In this document: one piece after another, positions 62,390-64,000 of the stretch
How positions within the stretch are numbered: the first letter of the stretch is position 1
How the letters are laid out: the number at the start of each line of letters is the position of its first letter
NCBI GenBank assembly: GCA_001244265.2
Contig: CDLV01000014.1
Location: 1,240,001 to 1,304,000 of the forward strand
From: Microbotryum violaceum
Taxonomy: Eukaryota
Length of the DNA stretch: 64,000 nucleotides
Reading direction: 5' to 3'
Translations under genes and position numbers: made by a program
Notes under the pieces: model-generated
What the model was told of the DNA's origin: nothing
The model's database searches: none
Seen by the model: the letters and a program-made list of their open reading frames with translations, nothing else

Positions 62390-64000
62390 TGTGATGTTGT
62401 CACGCCTGCTCAAGCGGTGGTAAGTCTCTGATCGAAGGACCAAGGGAGACCAGACCAAGAAGTTGCTTGTTACACACCTGCTCAAGCGGTGGTAAGTCTC
62501 TGATCGAAGGACCAAGGGAGACCAGACCAAGAAGTTGCTTGTTACACACCTGCTCAAGCACTACAGTAAGTTACCGCATCTAGAAGGGTGAAAGATGATA
62601 GGAAGAGTAGTGCTCACCTGCTCAAGCGGTGATAAGTCTCTGATCGAAGGACCAAGGGAGACCAGACCAAGAAGTTGCTTGAGCAGGAGAGAAACCAGAG
62701 TGGGGCCATTTGGCTGGGCCCAAGTCAGCCCAGCCAAAGTCAGGCGCACGGACCTGGCCCAGGTGCAGAGACCAGGCCAGAGTGGAGAGCTAAGGTGGTG
62801 AAAAGTAGGCCAAAAGTGATCAAAACGAAGAGAGGAGGATGTTGAGGTAGGTACAAGATACAAGAAGGACATGAAGGAGATATTTGATCTCACACCCCCC
62901 CTACTTCGAGTATCAGGGAGCACAGATACCGAGTCGACCGCGGTGCCGAGCAAAGAGGTCGCGTGACAATGCTTTGGTGAAGATGTCCGCTGTCATCTCA
63001 CCAGTGTTGATGTACTGGACGACAATGTCGCCATGGAAACCATATCCCGGACGAAGTGTTCGCGCAGGCGGATGTGCCGAGTCCGAGCATGAAATACCGG
63101 ATTCTTGGTGAGAGCATTGGCGCCTTGGTTGTCGCCGTAGATGAGGACGGGCTTTGAAGACGAAAGGCCAAGCTCACCAAAGAGCTGACGCAGAAAGATT
63201 GCCTCCTTACCAGCGTGTGACAGTGCGAGGTACTCGGCGTCACAAGTGGAGTCGGCAACGCGCGATTGAAGCCGGAGGACCATGAGACGGCAGCACCTGC
63301 ATAGACAAAAGTGTAACCCATGGTCGACTTGGAAGAGAGGACGCATGCACCCCAGTTGCAGTCGGAGTAGCCTAAGAGCGGTGCCGGATTCCCACGAGCG
63401 TAGCGTAAGCCGTGAGAAAGAGTGCCAGCGAGGTAACGGAAGGCGTGTTTGACAGCTCCCCAAGCAGCAGCGGAAGGCGAGTGAGAGAAGCGAGCCAAGT
63501 AACCGACGGTGTAAGCCAGGTCGGGCCGAGTACCAGTGGACGCGTACATAAGGGAACCGATGGCCTGCAGGTACCGAGTGCGATCCGGGAATGGGGTGGG
63601 CTGCAGCTCGACTTCGAGGCGGAGATCGGGCTGCATGGGCGTGGCGACGGGATGGGCATCGGACATTCCAAATCGGGCAAGGACGTCCTTGAGGTATTGT
63701 TCCTGACTCAGAGAGATGGAACCGTCTGGAGAGCGCCGGATCTGGATGCCAAGGACATATTCCGCCTCACCGAGCCGTTTGACACCATAGCGCTGCTCAA
63801 GACCCTGAAGGGTACGCTCAATCTCAGGGAGAGAGGGGCTGATCATGAGCAGGTCGTCGACATAGAGCGCAATGTAGTGGTGCACATCACCCGTTGTCCT
63901 GACGTAGACACAGTGGTCGGATTCGGTGGCGACATAGCCGAGTGCGGACAAGGCAGAGTCAATCTCGTCGTTCCAGATGCGACCGGCCTGGCGCAAACCA
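62390..64000 (-). mobile_element. Copia D 3' half (long-form 3' LTR 62390-62894, RNase H-RT), continues beyond the window
   Basis: Near-identical to 49219-50830. Confidence 0.93.

Overview
Eukaryotic, most likely basidiomycete fungal DNA; the GTRAGT/CTRAY/YAG intron signals and TCG>TTG hypermutation resemble Pucciniomycotina such as Microbotryum, but the taxon is my inference. Apart from a possible intron-containing gene fragment in the first ~350 bp, the window is a stack of nested retrotransposons: two chromodomain Ty3/Gypsy elements plus an older Gypsy gag remnant, several Ty1/Copia families (my labels C, D, F, G, I), three L1/Tx1-like LINE copies, a tandem TRIM and many solo LTRs (A, B, C, D, F, H). 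Twelve 5-bp target-site duplications let the nesting be reconstructed to five levels. The main observation: LTRs of five different families (Copia C, D, G, Gypsy2, LTR-A) occur in a long and a short form. Each time the extra block looks like a 58-97 nt spliceosomal intron (GT donor, branch motif, YAG), typically a short unique GT-spacer plus a duplicate of the sequence just upstream. In both intact two-LTR elements that carry it, it is present in the 5' LTR only, and family D has two or three such units stacked back to back. A TRIM has captured the family-C unit almost exactly at its donor. Separately, two different LINEs sit at the same position of LTR-B, suggesting target-site specificity. 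Coordinates were read by eye and may be off by a few bases; no splicing has been shown experimentally.
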